A DNA stretch of 64,000 bases from Lama glama (lineage: Eukaryota): positions 39,930,001 to 39,994,000 of the forward strand of contig CM052818.1 of assembly GCA_028534125.1 (NCBI GenBank), given 5' to 3'. A program made the translations under genes and the position numbers. The notes under the pieces are model-generated. The model did no database searches and had not been told where the DNA came from. It saw nothing but the letters and a program-made list of their open reading frames with translations. This document shows, piece by piece, positions 61,103-64,000 of the stretch; positions within the stretch are counted from its first letter, which is position 1, and each line of letters begins with the position of its first letter.

Positions 61103-63694
61103 AGCTCTCAAGTCTGGCTGAAGCTCTGAGGACATGTTGAGGGTCAATGGGAGATAAGGCTCAAAAGAGTGTTTGCATTGAGACAGTTTAGTTCGTCCAA
61201 ATTAGAGTCTATGTAATGAATGGAGTCTGGTTCATATTAGAGCTCAGTAAAATTTCAGCGGGTGGAACACTGTTGGGGGACACCATGTGCTCAGGGGTGA
61301 TGGTGGTGCTGTACTTTGGGGAGCAAGTGGAGGAGTAACTATACAGAAGCAGGTAGCAATCAGCACCATACTGTCTTTCTAGCACTTGCCTGGAATAGTG
61401 GCTGCCAGGTTGCAGCTGTTGTGACAATTACCTCCGGGGCTATGCCACTCGCATCGATGGGGTTGAAGGATGAGCGAGTGTTATTAGGGCAGGAGTGAAT
61501 TACAGCTAGACAGACTGCCGTGCAATCCTAGGAGCAGGAGGTGTAAGAGTGTGAACTCACCCAAGTAACTCTACTCATAGGTGATTTACTACAGTGGCAA
61601 GACTGGAAGAGAAGACTTTCTTAATCTGAGTTGAGCTTTCATGGAGTTACAGTTGTCAGAGATGAGAAGTACCTTTAAAATGACCACTTTAAACGAAGAG
61701 AAAAGGAAGACACAAAGGTGGGAAGAGAACTGTTTGGGCTCCTGTAGTCACACCATGATCGGCCCGACGGGACCTCCACACCTTCTCCCACCAGTCTCTC
61801 AGGGTTGGGACTGACAAAGAGGAAAGATTCATTTAAAGATGTCAACTGTTAGGGATGAAATGTGGCTAAATGCCTGGTGAATTTATATGCAAACCTAATG
61901 ATTCCCCAAGCACTGCCTTGGATACTAGAGACCGTACCTTGTTTGTAATGTGTACAGTCAGTCTGTCTGTCGTCTCATCGTCTTGACTACTTCCACTCCC
62001 ATTTATTTGTTTAATATGAGTTTATTGCATAACTTTGTACCTTTCCCTTTAGAAAAGCATGGCTAAGAGGAGGCTCACATTTCTTTCCAGGGTAAAATTG
62101 GTAGGCGCCGTCCCTTTTTCGCCAAGTCTGCTCTCCTCTCTCTGAGCATACATAGTTTCCATGATCTTCCTCTTAGTTTCAGGTAGATGATGAAAACAAT
62201 AATCTTCCAGGTACGTGAATTATAATAGCTCTCCAGACTCAGCGATGCAATATTGCTGGAGTGGCAGACATTTGAGATGGCAGTTGAGGAAATGAGACAG
62301 TTCAGAGCCACCCCACGTTGACACTAAGACAAGCTCTGTTATTTGCTCGGAAATTCTTCCATAGGGAGAGCTGAGAGGAAGGGAGAAGAAGGAGAGAAGA
62401 AAGAGGAGCATGGCAGAAAAGGAGGCATGGAGGAAGAGAGACACAGTTAGTGCAAGTATTGGGAGAAGAGAAAAGAAAGGGCGCATGTAACGTTAAGCCT
62501 AACATTTTCCCCTGACTCAGAACATTAAAAACAATTTATCAAACTATGTGTGCACCCAGACATATTTTCCTGGATTGGAATGCTGTGGCCAGACCAGTCC
62601 TACAACCACCCACCCATTAAACACAGATTAATGTCCTGGAAATTTGGGTGGAGGTCAGTGACGATCTCAAAATGAAGTCCCTGTAGCCAGGATGGCTGAG
62701 CAAAGTCCTTTGCATCCTACTGGAGTGTCAGTCGGAGGCCTCATCTGATAGCAAATGATGAATAGCTGCTCTGCAAGGGAAGGATTGCCCCTGAGAAGCA
62801 TTCCTGGGAAAGAGCATAAAACCACAATCAAATGACCATGCTGCATCCCACGTTAAGTACACAGTGAGTGGCTCATGTGTGTGGGCTTTGGACAGAAGTC
62901 TAAGTCTCCAGATAGGCTGCTGGACTGCGAGTGCTCCTAATGACTTCACTGGCCTTGACATGTGAGGAAGCAGGACATGTACCCATTACAGGCAAATTTT
63001 TATTAGAGTGACCATTCCAAGGATTATTAGCAACTTGTAAAGAATGCAATTACCACTTAAGTTGTGTTCAGCTGAATGCATTTTAACTATAATTGAAAAC
63101 AAATGTATGCTTAACTGTATGGTTGGGTAAGCCTTGTGATTATGACTGTTATCTTATTATTTTCCATTAATTAAAACAGCATGTGCTGGAATTTATTTGC
63201 AACCATGCAGTGGCAATTCGATGAAGGCTCGAAACAGACTTCGCTTTAGCATTTGCTCTTCAGGCCCAACTCAGTGTGGGCCACTGTACTTTTGTCACAA
63301 ACTTTTTGGATCCACTGAAATGGTGAACAAAGGTATAGATGTACTTTTATTTGCATTATTTTAAGTGACTATTTTAAAACATACCACGCTCTTCCTTACT
63401 CTTATGTAACAGGAATGTCATTGATGGTTATGGCCACCTGACATTTTAATCTTGATGACTTTCAGAAGAAGTCAGTTTCTGACTTCTGTTGATCATTAAG
63501 AGGCATGTTGAGGGCTTAGGAGCTGCAGTATTATGTCTGTTTTTAACCACATGCAATTGTCAAGGGTCTCATGGGATTTTTTTTTTTTTTTTTGCCTCAG
63601 ATTGGATGTTTCATCCCAATGTACTAAGAAAATTTGACTTTAGGGGAATTTGCTGTAATTACATAACTTGCTTTCTGAGAACATGTTTCAAAGC

Positions 63695-63915
63695 TTAGAT
63701 TTGGAAATAATTGAACTGGCTCTAATGCTCTAATTTGAAGTGATATCAGGAAGTGACTTCATATCTCTGGACCTTGGTTTTGCCACCTGTAAAACTGGGA
63801 TAACAAACCTGATCTTATCTACTTAGCAGGGATATTTTGAGACCACAGGAGATGACAGCGGTGGAAGGGTTTTGAAACCTGTAATGACTGTTTCAGACGC
63901 TGGGATCATGATAAC
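63695..63915 (+). mobile_element. MIR (near full length)
   Basis: aagtgacttcatatctctggaccttggttttgccacctgtaaaactgggataacaaa...cagggatattttgaga. Confidence 0.8.
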
Positions 63916-64000
63916 ACCAAGAGCCTTCTCTCCTTGGACCCGAGATGTGTCTCCGTTGAATGCAGCAAGGTCCGGATAATTGTCAGATGCACAATAAATG

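Noticed and set aside
1..64000. CRISPR arrays, prokaryotic operons, NUMTs, snRNA/rRNA copies, intact provirus
   Set aside because: None seen: no regularly spaced repeats, no long gene-dense ORFs, no paired LTRs with internal gag/pol

Overview
Mammalian non-coding DNA (intergenic or deep-intronic), most likely from a camelid. That assignment rests on a tRNA-derived vic-1-like SINE at 10420-10539 and a camelid-type L1 3' tail at 32057-32124; I saw no Alu, B1/B2, BovB/Bov-A2, PRE-1 or Can-SINE. I found no protein-coding gene or RNA gene. The only ORF-track peptides I recognise are broken LINE-1 ORF2 fragments at about 29.5-30.9 kb. Much of the window is ancient interspersed repeat: MIR, L2, L3/CR1, old L1M, MaLR/ERVL solo LTRs (MLT1, MLT2, MER21-like, MER54/73-like) and hAT DNA transposons (MER20, MER103-like). 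Several insertions are nested and have readable target-site duplications. Repeat-free blocks that look like conserved enhancers, a GC/CpG-richer segment at about 39.2-40.7 kb and clusters of splice signals (possible lncRNA exons) are the best leads. Repeat families were assigned by eye from recalled consensus sequences, so subfamilies and boundaries are approximate. I see no convincing novel multi-gene system.
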